Shown: positions 51,470 to 61,644, counted from the stretch's first letter. The stretch: DNA of 64,000 bases from an uncultured Chloroflexia bacterium (GCA_963698765.1 CAVOSB010000035.1:48497-112496), one strand, 5' to 3'. The notes: generated by a model not told the origin, from the sequence alone. Numbers and translations: made by a program.

Positions 51470-52267
51470 ATGATGACTTTAGCCAATTCTCCTCGCTTCT
51501 TACAGCTCCTGGCGCATGACCTGCGCTGGCAGATGCTCCAGGCGCTTTCCCACAGCGACCTGCGCGTCCAGGAGCTGGCCTCCATTACCCGGCAGCCCCA
51601 GAACCTGGTTTCCTACCACCTCGCCAGGCTGCTGCAGGCCGGACTCCTCCGCGAGCACCGCAGCATCGCCGATGGCCGGGAAGTGTACTACTCCCTGGAT
51701 ATCACCCACTTAGAGCATTTATTTCTGGCCAGCGGCAGGGCACTGCATCCCTCCTTGGGAGCAACCCGGGGCGTGTCAGACGTGCCTCCCCCAACCGGAC
51801 CTCTGCGGGTGCTTTTCCTGTGCACCCACAACAGCGCCCGCTCGCAGATGGCGGAAGGCCTGATGAACCGCCGCGGCCAGGGTTGGGTTAAGGCCAGCAG
51901 CGCCGGCTTCGAGCCCACCCAGGTTCACCCGCTTACTATCCAGGTGATGGATGAGTTGGGCCTCGACACAGCTGAGCATTACGCCAAGCCGCTGGCACTC
52001 TACCAGGGTCAGGAATTCGACGCCCTGGTGACGGTCTGTGACCGCTCCCGGCCGGCCGCCTCTGCTTTCCTCTCTGCCCGCGACCGGCTGCATTGGAGCC
52101 TGGCCGATCCGGTCGAGGCACAGGGCGGGCACGACCAGCAGCTGGCGCTGTTCAGGTCTGTCGCCGCCGAGCTGGATTCCCGGATCGATCACCTGCTGGC
52201 ACGCTTGCGTTTCGAGCACGCCGGTAACCCCCCTCATCAAAATTACAACCCTCAGGAGAAATTGTGA
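51470..52267 (+). CDS. ArsR-type HTH fused to an LMW-PTP/ArsC-like domain
   Basis: The N-terminus reads LRWQMLQALSHSDLRVQELASITRQPQNLVSYHLARLLQAGLL. The C-terminus reads LRVLFLCTHNSARSQMAEG (a CX5R P-loop) ...LVTVCDRSRPAASAF. Confidence 0.8.
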   Translation: MMTLANSPRFLQLLAHDLRWQMLQALSHSDLRVQELASITRQPQNLVSYHLARLLQAGLLREHRSIADGREVYYSLDITHLEHLFLASGRALHPSLGATRGVSDVPPPTGPLRVLFLCTHNSARSQMAEGLMNRRGQGWVKASSAGFEPTQVHPLTIQVMDELGLDTAEHYAKPLALYQGQEFDALVTVCDRSRPAASAFLSARDRLHWSLADPVEAQGGHDQQLALFRSVAAELDSRIDHLLARLRFEHAGNPPHQNYNPQEKL

Positions 52268-52716
52268 GCAAAACCAAAGTCTTATTTCTGTGCACCGGCA
52301 ACTCCTTCCGCAGCCAGATGGCCGAGGCACTGCTGAGAAAACACGCCGGAGAGCGTTTCGAGGTCTTCAGTGCCGGGACGCATCCCAAGGGTATTCACCC
52401 TTACACCCGGCAGGTTATGTCTGAGATCGGCGAAGATCTGGAAGGACACTACTCCAAGGATGTCAAAGAATTCCTGGGCAACCACCACTTTGGCTACGTG
52501 ATCACCTTATGCTCGGACGCCGAGCAGAACTGCCCCACGACTTTCCTGGGAGTCAGCCGCCGCCTGCACTGGGGTTTCGACGACCCGGCCGCGATTCAGG
52601 GTGGTGAGGCCGAAAAACTGGAGAAAGGCCGCCAGGTGCGCGACCAGATCGACGCCCGCATCAGGGAATGGATCAGCGATCCTGTGCTCTCAGCCGATGG
52701 TTCCGGAGCATCTTAA
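52264..52716 (+). CDS. arsC: Arsenate reductase, thioredoxin-coupled LMW-PTP type
   Basis: VLFLCTGNSFRSQMAE (P-loop Cys), VITLCSDAEQNCP (the Cys-x6-Cys pair as in the pI258 ArsC Cys82/Cys89), and HWGFDDP. Confidence 0.9.
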   Translation: MSKTKVLFLCTGNSFRSQMAEALLRKHAGERFEVFSAGTHPKGIHPYTRQVMSEIGEDLEGHYSKDVKEFLGNHHFGYVITLCSDAEQNCPTTFLGVSRRLHWGFDDPAAIQGGEAEKLEKGRQVRDQIDARIREWISDPVLSADGSGAS

Positions 52717-53822
52717 GGTTGTTGCATGCGCAGTCGTTTGAATACCAGTACTGCTATACCGAAATAGATCAGCGATAGAATCAACGTAATTGCCAGGCGA
52801 AAAGCTATATCCCTCCACCCCGCTCCGTATGCAAGCACCTGCTGCAGCGCCAGGAATCCGGAAGTGGCTGGGAAGATATCAAAAAGGTCTATGGGGTGAC
52901 CCGCCAGCGTGAAGAGTGTCAGGGCGGGCATGGCGAACCAGGCACCCGACACGAATACCAACAGCATGCTGATCGAGCCACCCAGGTTAGCTGCCTGGCT
53001 GTCGTTTTCCACGCAGGCTGCCACGACCAGTCCCAGTGCGATGGAGCCCAGGCAGAGCACTAATCCAGTCAAAACCGCCAGCCATAATGAGCCGTGTCCG
53101 TGGAAACCCAACGCCGTAGCCAGCCATGTGATTGTCACCACCTGGAAAGTAGCTACCACCAGCTGCGCCAGGCTTATGCCCGCCAGAAGCTCAACCGTAC
53201 TGACCGGCGCCAACTGCAGCCGTTCCAGGGTGTGCCTGCGCACCTCCCTGGAAACCAGCATGGCGGTCTGCGGGATGACCATCAGCAGCGCGAAGACGAT
53301 CATGCCCGGTGCATATAGGTCAAATTGTGTCTGCGGTCCCTGAGATTGCCCGCTGCCTGGAGCAATCGACTCAACCGCCAGCCGGGCGACTTGCGGGCGG
53401 TCGATTTCCCGGTCAGCCTGCTGTCGGAGAGCTGACTCCAACAGGACGCTTGCGCGGTAAAAGGCCGGGGAGAGCGCGTCTCCCCGCAGGCTTACCTGGC
53501 CGCATTCCGGGTTGGCCTTCAGCAAAACAACGGCAGCCCCCTCTTTCAGCGTTTCTTCCGCGATATGTAAATTCTCCTCCGCAGTCAATTCAAAGACCGG
53601 TTCACCAGTCGGATAGCGCTGCACGCGCAGCTCCTCGATCATACGCTCGGCCCGCTCTCCCGGGTCGTACACCCACACCTGGTACGTGGCTAGCAGAGGC
53701 GTGTTATACATCAACAGGGTCAATATCAGGAAGGCCAGGGGCAATCCAAGCTCCAGCCCGATCAGTTGAGGCTCACGTACGATCTCCAGCAGGCTCTTGC
53801 GAGCCACCAGGAGCATCTTCAT
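52713..53822 (-). CDS. ABC-2 type exporter permease
   Basis: The 369-aa ORF has one N-terminal TM helix, a large extracytoplasmic loop and 5 C-terminal TM helices. It overlaps the ATPase gene by 4 nt. Confidence 0.75.
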   Translation of the reverse strand: MKMLLVARKSLLEIVREPQLIGLELGLPLAFLILTLLMYNTPLLATYQVWVYDPGERAERMIEELRVQRYPTGEPVFELTAEENLHIAEETLKEGAAVVLLKANPECGQVSLRGDALSPAFYRASVLLESALRQQADREIDRPQVARLAVESIAPGSGQSQGPQTQFDLYAPGMIVFALLMVIPQTAMLVSREVRRHTLERLQLAPVSTVELLAGISLAQLVVATFQVVTITWLATALGFHGHGSLWLAVLTGLVLCLGSIALGLVVAACVENDSQAANLGGSISMLLVFVSGAWFAMPALTLFTLAGHPIDLFDIFPATSGFLALQQVLAYGAGWRDIAFRLAITLILSLIYFGIAVLVFKRLRMQQP

Positions 53823-54778
53823 TCTCTCATGCTCCGCCCGGTGAGGTGAATAAACACGTCTTCCAGGCTGTTCTGACGCAGGCGCACTTCGCCCACGCTC
53901 ATCCCATTATCCAGTAAAATCCGCTGGATCGGAGCCAGCGCAGAAATAGCATTCAGGCCGCGCACGCTTACCAGGTGGCGCTGCAGGTCAATCCCGACCT
54001 GCATCTCGCCTCTCCCCACCTGTTCCTCTAAGGGAGCCATAAGTCGACCTTCACCCAGTGCATCCCCGCTGAACTCCACCTCCAGCACATCTCCTTCGCC
54101 CAGCCGAGCTTTCAAAGCTTGCGGCGTGTCCAACACCAGCAGTTTGCCATGGTCGATGATCCCCACCCGGTCAGCCAACCGTTCGGCTTCATCCATGTTA
54201 TGGGTGGTCAGGATCACGGTCTTGACCCGCGCCAGGGAATGGATGTATTCCCGTACCTTCACCCGGCTCTGTGGATCGAGGCCGGCATCGGGTTCATCCA
54301 GTACTACTACCTGCGGGTCGTGCACCAGTGCCATTGCCAGGTTGAGACGGCGCTGCATACCACCTGAAAGCTTCCGGGCCTGCACTTTAGCTTTGTCTGC
54401 CAATTCCAGCACTTCCAACAGGTGTCTGGCACTCGCGCCCGCCCGCCTGGCACTCAGGCCGTACATCTGTCCCATGAAGATCAATTGCTCCAGGCAGGTC
54501 AACCTCTCCCACAGCACAATCTCCTGCGGGCACACACCCACAGTCCTGCGCAGTTCCTGGTCGCCGCCCTGCAGCAGCTGCCCTAGCAGCCAGACGCTAC
54601 CTGCGTCCGGTTTTAGCAGTCCGCAGATCATGTTGATAGATGTGGTCTTACCTGCTCCATTGGGACCCAGGAAACCGAAAACCTCCCCCTCATAGACTTC
54701 CAGGCTCAGACCCGAGACTGCAACCAGGTCGCCGAAGCGCTTGGTCAAATCTTGAGTGCGTAGTACAACATTAGGCAT
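53819..54778 (-). CDS. ABC transporter ATP-binding protein (DrrA-like)
   Basis: Walker A is GPNGAGKTT, the signature is LSGGMQRRLNLA and Walker B is VVVLDEPDAGLD. Confidence 0.9.
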   Translation of the reverse strand: MPNVVLRTQDLTKRFGDLVAVSGLSLEVYEGEVFGFLGPNGAGKTTSINMICGLLKPDAGSVWLLGQLLQGGDQELRRTVGVCPQEIVLWERLTCLEQLIFMGQMYGLSARRAGASARHLLEVLELADKAKVQARKLSGGMQRRLNLAMALVHDPQVVVLDEPDAGLDPQSRVKVREYIHSLARVKTVILTTHNMDEAERLADRVGIIDHGKLLVLDTPQALKARLGEGDVLEVEFSGDALGEGRLMAPLEEQVGRGEMQVGIDLQRHLVSVRGLNAISALAPIQRILLDNGMSVGEVRLRQNSLEDVFIHLTGRSMRE

Positions 54779-54784
54779 ATCAGC

Positions 54785-55956
54785 TCAGCCTTTCAACTTC
54801 CAATACATCCCTGTACCGGCCAGGAAGAAAACCAGTGATAGAACAGCCAGTGCGCCGATCTCGAAGGCAATCTCACCTGCGCTTTCACCCAGCATCAGCA
54901 CTTTACGCAAAGCTTCAGCCGCTTGGGCAGTCGGCAGCAGGTCGTAGACCTGGATGGTACGACCGAACAGTGTGGCAATTGGCACTTCCGGGACGGGGTA
55001 CATGGCATCGGACAGTAAAACCAGCATAACTCCCAGGCTGGCGCTCAGATTGGCAGCTGCGCTCTCGCTGCGGGTGAAGCAAGCCGTCAATAACCCTATC
55101 CCTACCGCCGACAGGCTGACCAGCAAGCCGATGCCGACAGCCGTCAACCAGGAACCGCGGCTTTGAAAACCCAGGGCGATGGCTGCCGCGTAAGTCGCCG
55201 GTACAATGGCCAGCGCCAGGACCATTTGCGATACCAGCACACCCGCCAGCAGCTCGCCGGATTTGATTGGAGCCAGGCGCAGGCGTTTTAACGTCCCGCT
55301 TGTCTCTTCCCGCACCAGGATCAAAGCAGTGCTGGCCGACAGCAGCATTAAACCGAAAACGATCAATCCAGGTACGCCGTAGTCGAAATCGGAGGTCGTG
55401 CCAGTACCGGGTATGAATTCATAGCTGATGGTAAGTGTTGGCTGCCAGCCCACCTCAGCCCGGATGAATTCCTGCAGGAGTCCCTCCAGATATCCCTGTA
55501 CGAAGACGAAATTATCCGTTCCGGGATCCCCCAACAGCCGGATATCAAATGGAGGGCTGGCAGTGGGGAACTGCTCTCTCGCCGGAACTGCTTTACCGCC
55601 TGGGTGAAACCGGCAGGGATGAACAGGAGCGCAGCGGCCTTGCGCTCACGCAGCAAAATCTCAGCCTGCCTTCGATCTCCCACCGGCCAGATTTCAAACA
55701 GCGGCTGCCCCTCAAGATCAGACTCGGCCAGACTGTCTATCAGCTTTGCTCCCAGTGATCCCTCGTATCCTGGCAAGGATTGGTCTTCATTGATCACCAG
55801 GACCTTAAAATAGTGGCCCATCCCCCCCTCGGTTTGCCCGAAAGCCAGGTCGTACATCCAGATAAAACCGATGGGAAACACGAATAGCAGCACCCACAGC
55901 ATCGGCTCCCGCCACAACTCCAGCAGCAATTTCCGGGCAATCACCAGGATTTTCAT
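54785..55956 (-). CDS. ABC-2 type exporter permease (frameshift near 55520)
   Basis: The N-terminal part (ORF 55363..55956) begins MKILVIARKLLLELWREPML. The C-terminal TM bundle lies in ORF 54785..55534. Confidence 0.7.
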
Positions 55957-56064
55957 TTTCTAAAATTTGACGCTAATTCCATACCCCTCAGGCATATTAT
56001 ATATCGATTTCCCTTTCGACAATCCCTCTATTTTCAGTATAAACCTACCGTCGATTAGGAAAAC

Positions 56065-56110
56065 TTGACAGATTCAACAAGATCTGTATAATTAATTCGA
56101 TATATATCGA
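56065..56110 (+). promoter_or_regulatory. Promoter plus 14-bp perfect palindrome (candidate operator) upstream of the ArsR-DUF2087 genes
   Basis: TTGACA (56065-56070), a 16-nt spacer, then TATAAT (56087-56092). This is followed by TCGATATATATCGA (56097-56110). A half-site copy atatatcgattt also occurs at 55999-56010. Confidence 0.5.
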
Positions 56111-56131
56111 TTTAGTTACAGGGTTGTTGAA

Positions 56132-56859
56132 ATGAACCTTCCGACCGAAAACGAAACCCGGATTGAGAATTCCGCGGTCGAGAGCCTGCTGGAGTTTTTC
56201 AAGGCCCTGGCCGATCCCAACCGCTTGAAGATCGCCGGGCTGCTGGCCGGCCAGCCGTTGACCGTGGAGCAGTTAGCGGAGATGCTCAACCTGCGCCCTT
56301 CCACCGTCTCGCACCACCTGTCTTACCTCAGCCATGCCGGCCTGGTGAGCGCGTGTGCCGACAGCTATTACAACGTCTACTCGCTGGAGACCGGCAACCT
56401 GGAGAAAATGGCCAGGCAGCTGCTGAAGGCGCGAGACCTTCCCCGCACTGGCTGCCGACATTGACCTGGAAGCGTACGACCGTAAGGTGATCCGCGATTT
56501 CTCCCTTCCGGACGGCCGCCTGAAGGCCCTGCCTGCGCAGTATAAAAAGCTGGAAGCCGTGCTGCGCTACGTGGTGCGGGCCTTCGAACCCGGTGTGCAT
56601 TACACCGAGAAGCAGGTCAACGAGATATTGGGTCGCTTCCATGAAGACACCGCCCAGCTGCGACCGCGAGCTGGTCGAAAGCGGTCTGCTCAAGCGCCAG
56701 GGAGGCGGAGGCGAGTATTGGAAGCCGGTTTCCCCGGAAGTATTCCACCTTCAGCTGCTGAAGAGTGGAACAAGAAGAGTAAAAGCAAGAAAAGTAAGCA
56801 CAAATAAGTCAAAGGTAAACAGCTATGGATACAAACAACCTGACCCGATGAAGTCATGA
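56132..56859 (+). CDS. ArsR-family HTH plus DUF2087 domain regulator, copy A (2 frameshifts; end uncertain)
   Basis: FFKALADPNRLKIAGLLAGQPLTVEQLAEMLNLRPSTVSHHLSYLSHAGLV. Then VIRDFSLPDGRLKALPAQYKKLEAVLRYVVRAFEPGVHYTEKQVNEILGRFHEDTAQLRRELVESGLL. Confidence 0.7.
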
Positions 56860-57419
56860 CCTTTTTCAAGACCCTGGCCAACCTGGAGCGCCTGAAAATC
56901 GCCGGATTGATCGCCGTTGAGGAGCTGTCCGCCGCCCAGATTGCCGAGCGTACAGGAATGAAGCCGGAGGTGGTTTATAAAGGCCTGGAGCAGCTGGTGT
57001 ATGCCGGACTGGCGCTCGAAAAATCGACCGGCGATTTGCCCCGCAGCTTCAGCCAGTCGGCTACCTATGCACTGGACACGAAATTTCTCAACGAGATGAC
57101 GCGCCGTGTTCTATCTGGCACCCGGCCCAAAGTCCAATTGGAGGAGTTCGAAGGAGAGGACTACGACCGAAAAGTACTGGGCGATTTCATGAGAGCAGAC
57201 GGCACGTTGAAATCCATTCCCACCCAGCACAAGAAACTGCTGGCGGTGCTGCGCTTCCTGGCACATGAATTCGAGCCGGGGCAGAAATACCCTGAAAAAG
57301 AGGTCAATATCATGCTTGCCACGCGCTACCCCGATGCCGCCACGCTGCGCCGCTATCTGGTGGATAATGGATTGCTGGCACGCGCAAGCGGCGTTTATTG
57401 GCGTGTTGAGCAGGAGTAG
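56856..57419 (+). CDS. ArsR-like HTH plus DUF2087 domain regulator, copy B
   Basis: FFKTLANLERLKIAGLIAVEELSAAQIAERTGMKPEVVYKGLEQLVYAGL. Then VLGDFMRADGTLKSIPTQHKKLLAVLRFLAHEFEPGQKYPEKEVNIMLATRYPDAATLRRYLVDNGLL. Confidence 0.7.
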   Translation: MTFFKTLANLERLKIAGLIAVEELSAAQIAERTGMKPEVVYKGLEQLVYAGLALEKSTGDLPRSFSQSATYALDTKFLNEMTRRVLSGTRPKVQLEEFEGEDYDRKVLGDFMRADGTLKSIPTQHKKLLAVLRFLAHEFEPGQKYPEKEVNIMLATRYPDAATLRRYLVDNGLLARASGVYWRVEQE

Positions 57420-57457
57420 CGGCCTGCCTGCTCCAATATTTTGATAACCGACCACAA

Positions 57458-57489
57458 ACATCACAGGTCTGGCAGACCTGTGATGTTTT
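57458..57489. terminator. Bidirectional terminator between convergent genes
   Basis: acatcacaggtc-tggca-gacctgtgatgt followed by ttt. Confidence 0.7.
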
Positions 57490-57500
57490 CTTCTCCACCA

Positions 57501-58716
57501 TCAGCGGCGCGGCTGCAAGTCCAGCACCCCATCCTCTGCCAGCAGCCCGTGAACGGGTTGCGCATCGATCCCCAATACGCGGCTGTTGGCGAAATATGCG
57601 AAATCGAAGCCGGTCGCATCGCCAGCATTCTTGCCGGGGACCGGCATCAGGCGTGCGGTCAGCGGCTTGGCCAGGCGCTGCGACAGGAAAGCCACATCCA
57701 GCAGCAAGGCATACAGCTGGTCTGTGCTCACGTCCCCCGGCAGGGGTACGGTATCCAGCCCGGTTCCGCACACCGTTGAATACAGCAGCAGGTCTTTCAC
57801 TCCCAGGTAACCACCGGCCGCCCTTCTGGCCAGGGTAAAATCCTCCAGCACCGGCAGCATCAGGCCGTTGAAACCCGCCCGTCGAAACTCGGCCCGATCG
57901 AGGGCTTCCGCCAGGAAAGCCGCCGCCGCCAGCGAGCCGTGCAAACCCACCGCGGGAACACCCAGACGTTCCATGGCGGTGCCGAAGGAGGCCAGCTCTT
58001 CGGGGAACGGCGCCAGGGTGAAATCGAGGCCGCCGAACTGCACCTGGCCATCCGCTTGCAGTCCAACCGCCACCTTGCTCAATTCCCTGGCATGCTCTTC
58101 GACCTGCTCCACCAGCCGTCTTCTGGCGTCCTGTAGGTCGACCGCTTTCCCCAAGTGCTTCGACCGCCAGGTCAGCAGCCTCGGTCGCCAGCGAAAAAAC
58201 CGGGGCGCCGCCTGAGTGGTAAGCCGCCGGGAAGAACGGCGTTCCCGCCGGCACGTTTGCCAGCGCCGCGAAGCGCAGGTTGGTGAAACCGTCCGGCGTG
58301 ATGGTCGCAGCCTGCTGGATGATCTGTGCACAGCGCCTCACCGCCGTCAGCGAGACGCCGTCCCTGTTCGCCACCGTCCCCGCCAGGAAGGTATCCTTGG
58401 TGGCAGCCAGGACAGGCAGCACCAGGTCGAAGGATTCCGGATGCTCGGGCAGGGCCGGCCCCAGGGACAGGTACTCGAAACCCAGCTCCAGCGCCTGGCT
58501 TTCCAATTTTCTTGCCAGCTGGACGGCTTCTTCGATATCCGGCTTTGACAGCAGGTGAACCAGGGGGACTGTCGCCAGGCGCGTCGTCTGCACCTGGTAT
58601 CCAGCTGCCTCGAAGGCCTGTCTTGCGTTCGAGATGAAGCGGCCCATTCTCTGCAGCTGCTGTATTTCGAACGGCGGCTCGGGCTGGATAAAACAGGTGA
58701 TCGAGCGGATCTTCAT
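57501..58716 (-). CDS. DUF711 (UPF0210) family protein (frameshift near 58180)
   Basis: MKIRSITCFIQP... is the N-terminus typical of UPF0210. The second half lies in ORF 57501..58331 (GLMLPVLEDFTLA...STVCGTGLDTVPLPGD). Confidence 0.8.
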
Positions 58717-59507
58717 TTCACTTGCCGCCCGTTCACCCCGCGCTGCCGCACCACGTCATACATCAACACCGCCCCGGCCGCGGCCGCATTCAGCGATTCG
58801 CCCCCGCCGGGCATCGGGATGCACACGCATTTTTCCGCCAGTCTCTGAGCCTGCGGCCCGGCGCCCTCGGCTTCTCCCCCGATGATCAGCGCCAGGGGCG
58901 GGCAAAAATCCGATTCCCAGTATGGGTCGCCACCACCAGCCGCCGCCAGGTACACCGTCAGCGGTTCCAGGGCAGCCTCGATCTGCTTCCACGACAGGCT
59001 CAGCACCGGTAATCGAAAGTGCGCGCCCATCCCGGCGCGCAGCACCTTGGGTGAAAAGGCGTCCACCGAGCCTGGCGGCAGCAAAACCGCCTGCACGCCG
59101 GCCGCGCTGGCGGTGCGCAGCATGGTGCCCAGGTTGCCGGGATCGCGCACCGCGTCGGGGATGAAGACGAAATCCAGCGCTTCTGGCAGGGGCAGCGAAT
59201 GCTGGGCCAGCACCGCCAGCAGTCCCTGCGGGGTATCGGTGTCGCTGGACTGGCGCATCACCTGGGGTGTCACCTCTTCCAGCGGCACGCCGCCTGCCGC
59301 GAAACCCTCCAGCACCTGCTTGCCGCGCGGGCTCAGGTCGGCGGCATACAGCACCAGGCGCGCTTCCCAGCCGCCGGCCAGGGCTTCTTCCACCAGCCGC
59401 ACACCCTCGATCACGAACACCCCCTCAGACTTGCGCAGCCGGCTGTTGGCCTGGATGGACCGCACCCACTTGATCTTGGTATTCTGGACGGAGGTGATCA
59501 TCCCCAT
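58713..59507 (-). CDS. TrmH/SpoU-family RNA 2'-O-methyltransferase
   Basis: FVIEGVRLVEEAL, VRDPGNLGTMLRTASAAGV, LIIGGEAEG, IPMPGGGESLNAAAAGAVLMYD. Confidence 0.85.
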   Translation of the reverse strand: MGMITSVQNTKIKWVRSIQANSRLRKSEGVFVIEGVRLVEEALAGGWEARLVLYAADLSPRGKQVLEGFAAGGVPLEEVTPQVMRQSSDTDTPQGLLAVLAQHSLPLPEALDFVFIPDAVRDPGNLGTMLRTASAAGVQAVLLPPGSVDAFSPKVLRAGMGAHFRLPVLSLSWKQIEAALEPLTVYLAAAGGGDPYWESDFCPPLALIIGGEAEGAGPQAQRLAEKCVCIPMPGGGESLNAAAAGAVLMYDVVRQRGVNGRQVK

Positions 59508-59531
59508 TTTCCGCCCGTCGTTGGCGTTGAA

Positions 59532-60116
59532 TTATCCATTTCCCTCCGCGTTCGAATCAATGATATTTTCCAGCGCCTCCAGGAAGGCGGACTGTGCCTG
59601 CGAGTCGATCAAAACCAGGCGCACAATCTCCAGGCTGGAAGTGGGATCTTCTTCAAAATGTGACCTGACCGCCTGCAGCATCACCCGTGCCGCGCGCTCA
59701 ACGGGGAACCCGAAGATACCGGTAGAGATAGCCGGCATGGCGATCGAGATCAATCCCAGCTGCCCGGCTACCTGCAGCGAGCCCTGCACCGCCGCCGCCA
59801 GCTTGGCGTCCTCGTCCCCCGAACCCCACACCGGGCCGACGGCGTGGATCACATAGCGGCAGGGCAGCTTCCCGGCATGCGTGTGGGCCGGCCTGGCATG
59901 CGGCACCGGGCCAAAGCGCCGCACCCAGGTGTTGCTCTCGTCCTGGATTTGCGGGCCTCCCCGCCGGGAGATTGCTCCCGCCACACCGCCGCCGTGCTGC
60001 AATTGGGCGTTGGCCGCGTTGACGATGGCATCTACCTGCTCTTCGGTCAGGTCGCCGCGCACGATTTGCAATCTACGCTCGCCTGGCAGGTTTCCCTCAC
60101 GCACGATTTCGTTCAT
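59532..60116 (-). CDS. Macro domain protein (ADP-ribose / O-acetyl-ADP-ribose hydrolase type)
   Basis: VRGDLTEEQVDAIVNAANAQLQHGGGVAGAI... YVIHAVGPVW... IAMPAISTGIFGFP. Confidence 0.85.
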   Translation of the reverse strand: MNEIVREGNLPGERRLQIVRGDLTEEQVDAIVNAANAQLQHGGGVAGAISRRGGPQIQDESNTWVRRFGPVPHARPAHTHAGKLPCRYVIHAVGPVWGSGDEDAKLAAAVQGSLQVAGQLGLISIAMPAISTGIFGFPVERAARVMLQAVRSHFEEDPTSSLEIVRLVLIDSQAQSAFLEALENIIDSNAEGNG

Positions 60117-60120
60117 CGCT

Positions 60121-60513
60121 TCAGCCCATCGGGAAGCGCATGCGCTGCCCGCCGATCACGTGCAGGTGCAGGTGGAAAACCACCTGCCCGGCGTGCGGAC
60201 CGTTGTTTATGATCAGGCGGTAGCCCGACTGGTCGACGCCCTCCTGGATGGCTATCTGGCGTGCCAGGCTGACCATTTTACCGATCAAGGGCTCGTCTAC
60301 GGGTTCCAGGTCGTTGATCGAGGCGATGTGCTTGTTGGGCACGATCAAGACGTGGGTGGGCGCCACCGGGTGGATGTCGCGGAAGGCGGTCAGCTCCTGG
60401 TCCTGGTATAGGATTTTTCCAGGGCTTTCGTGGGTGATGATCCTGCAGAAGATGCAATTGTCGCTAGGTTGTGGCATAGAATTTAGGCTTCGTTCAATCA
60501 TTTTCTCCACCAA
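60121..60513 (-). CDS. HIT-family (histidine triad) nucleotide hydrolase
   Basis: CIFCRII..., HVLIVPNKHI, and the HLHLHVIGG histidine triad. Confidence 0.9.
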   Translation of the reverse strand: MVEKMIERSLNSMPQPSDNCIFCRIITHESPGKILYQDQELTAFRDIHPVAPTHVLIVPNKHIASINDLEPVDEPLIGKMVSLARQIAIQEGVDQSGYRLIINNGPHAGQVVFHLHLHVIGGQRMRFPMG

Positions 60514-60849
60514 AGTATATCATTCCAAGAAAAGACGTTTCTTACTCCCAATATTTCCTCGGATAATAATAGGTGTCTATATGTCTATCAATCATACAGT
60601 CAAAATAGTACATCATAACAATTGGTTGAGAGCGTTTATCAAATCCAGTACATATGCCTGCTACGTTTTATCGTCGTACTTCATCTTTGTAAAAAACCCG
60701 ATTGACAACTCTTAAATTTCTGATATTGTTAAATTCAAAATCACTTATCATCAAAAAAGGGTGAGAATTTGTTAAAAGAAAAGAAATTTAGTGTGGGGGA
60801 TAAGGGTGTTTACTAAGACAGTCACAAATTGAGAATAATATAGCCAATA

Positions 60850-61571
60850 ATGAAATATCTTCATTCTCTATTGATTGATTAATACCCATTTTTGAGAATA
60901 GTGGTCTTTGCAATGGGAATTGGGGCAATAATTTATTTGTCTCTTGGCAAACATTTTTAATGAGCAAATTCAGAATTACAACCTAATCTCACCCCTGGCT
61001 TTGGAAATCAGATCAATAGAACGTCGGGGAATATACCATACCCGACACCTGAGGGTGAGTCCATCATTACCCCTTTACCCAATAACTGGGCTACTTTTAC
61101 TGGCCCAGATTGCCTCATTGATGATTTGCGAAATATTTCAATTAAACTTCCATCAGGATGGTATGGAGAAATTGGACCAGTATCAATAAATTTATACAAC
61201 TATGATAATTCACTAATCACCTATGATCATGGTGATCCTCAGAATTTGCCAGAAAATCATATTAAAAGTTGAGATTTATGAAATCAAACTCAAACAGGGC
61301 CAGACTATTGATGAATGGGTGAAAGAAGAAAAGGAACAATCAATAGTTGTAGAAACGTAGGGCTTAACCACCACAATCAGTGAAAATTATGGAATTATAT
61401 TAGGCAAGTATGAGGGGTTGACTTATGATCTCTATTGATACTGCTGGATGGAATTCAAAAACAATTGTTATAAACTTAAGTGGTGAGATTGGATTATTCA
61501 TCAAATTATTCCCAGCTGATTCTGAAGCACTTCTGGAAGCAATAGAGGTATTAACATCCATTAATACGTAA
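60850..61571 (+). pseudogene. Low-GC, multiply frameshifted ORF for a small membrane-anchored protein of unknown function
   Basis: The pieces are MKYLHSLLID / IVVFAMGIGAIIYLSLG / TPEGESIITPLPNNWATFTGPDCLIDDLRNISIKLPSGWYGEIGPVSINLYNYDNSLITYDHGDPQNLPENHIK / VEIYEIKLKQGQTIDEWVKEEKEQSIVVE / ISIDTAGWNSKTIVINLSGEIGLFIKLFPADSEALLEAIEVLTSINT. They are spread over three frames. Confidence 0.35.
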
Positions 61572-61588
61572 ATAATTCGGAAGGTCCT

Positions 61589-61644
61589 TTTACTCGCAAC
61601 GATGCTCAGCGTTGTTGCGATCTTCTATGGCGCTCTGCGCCCCT
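61589..61644. repeat. REP-like element, copy 1 (TTACTCGCAACGATGCTCAGCGTTGTTGCGA...GGCGCTCTGCGCCCCT)
   Basis: It shares about 50 nt with the copy at 62135-62189. Confidence 0.8.
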
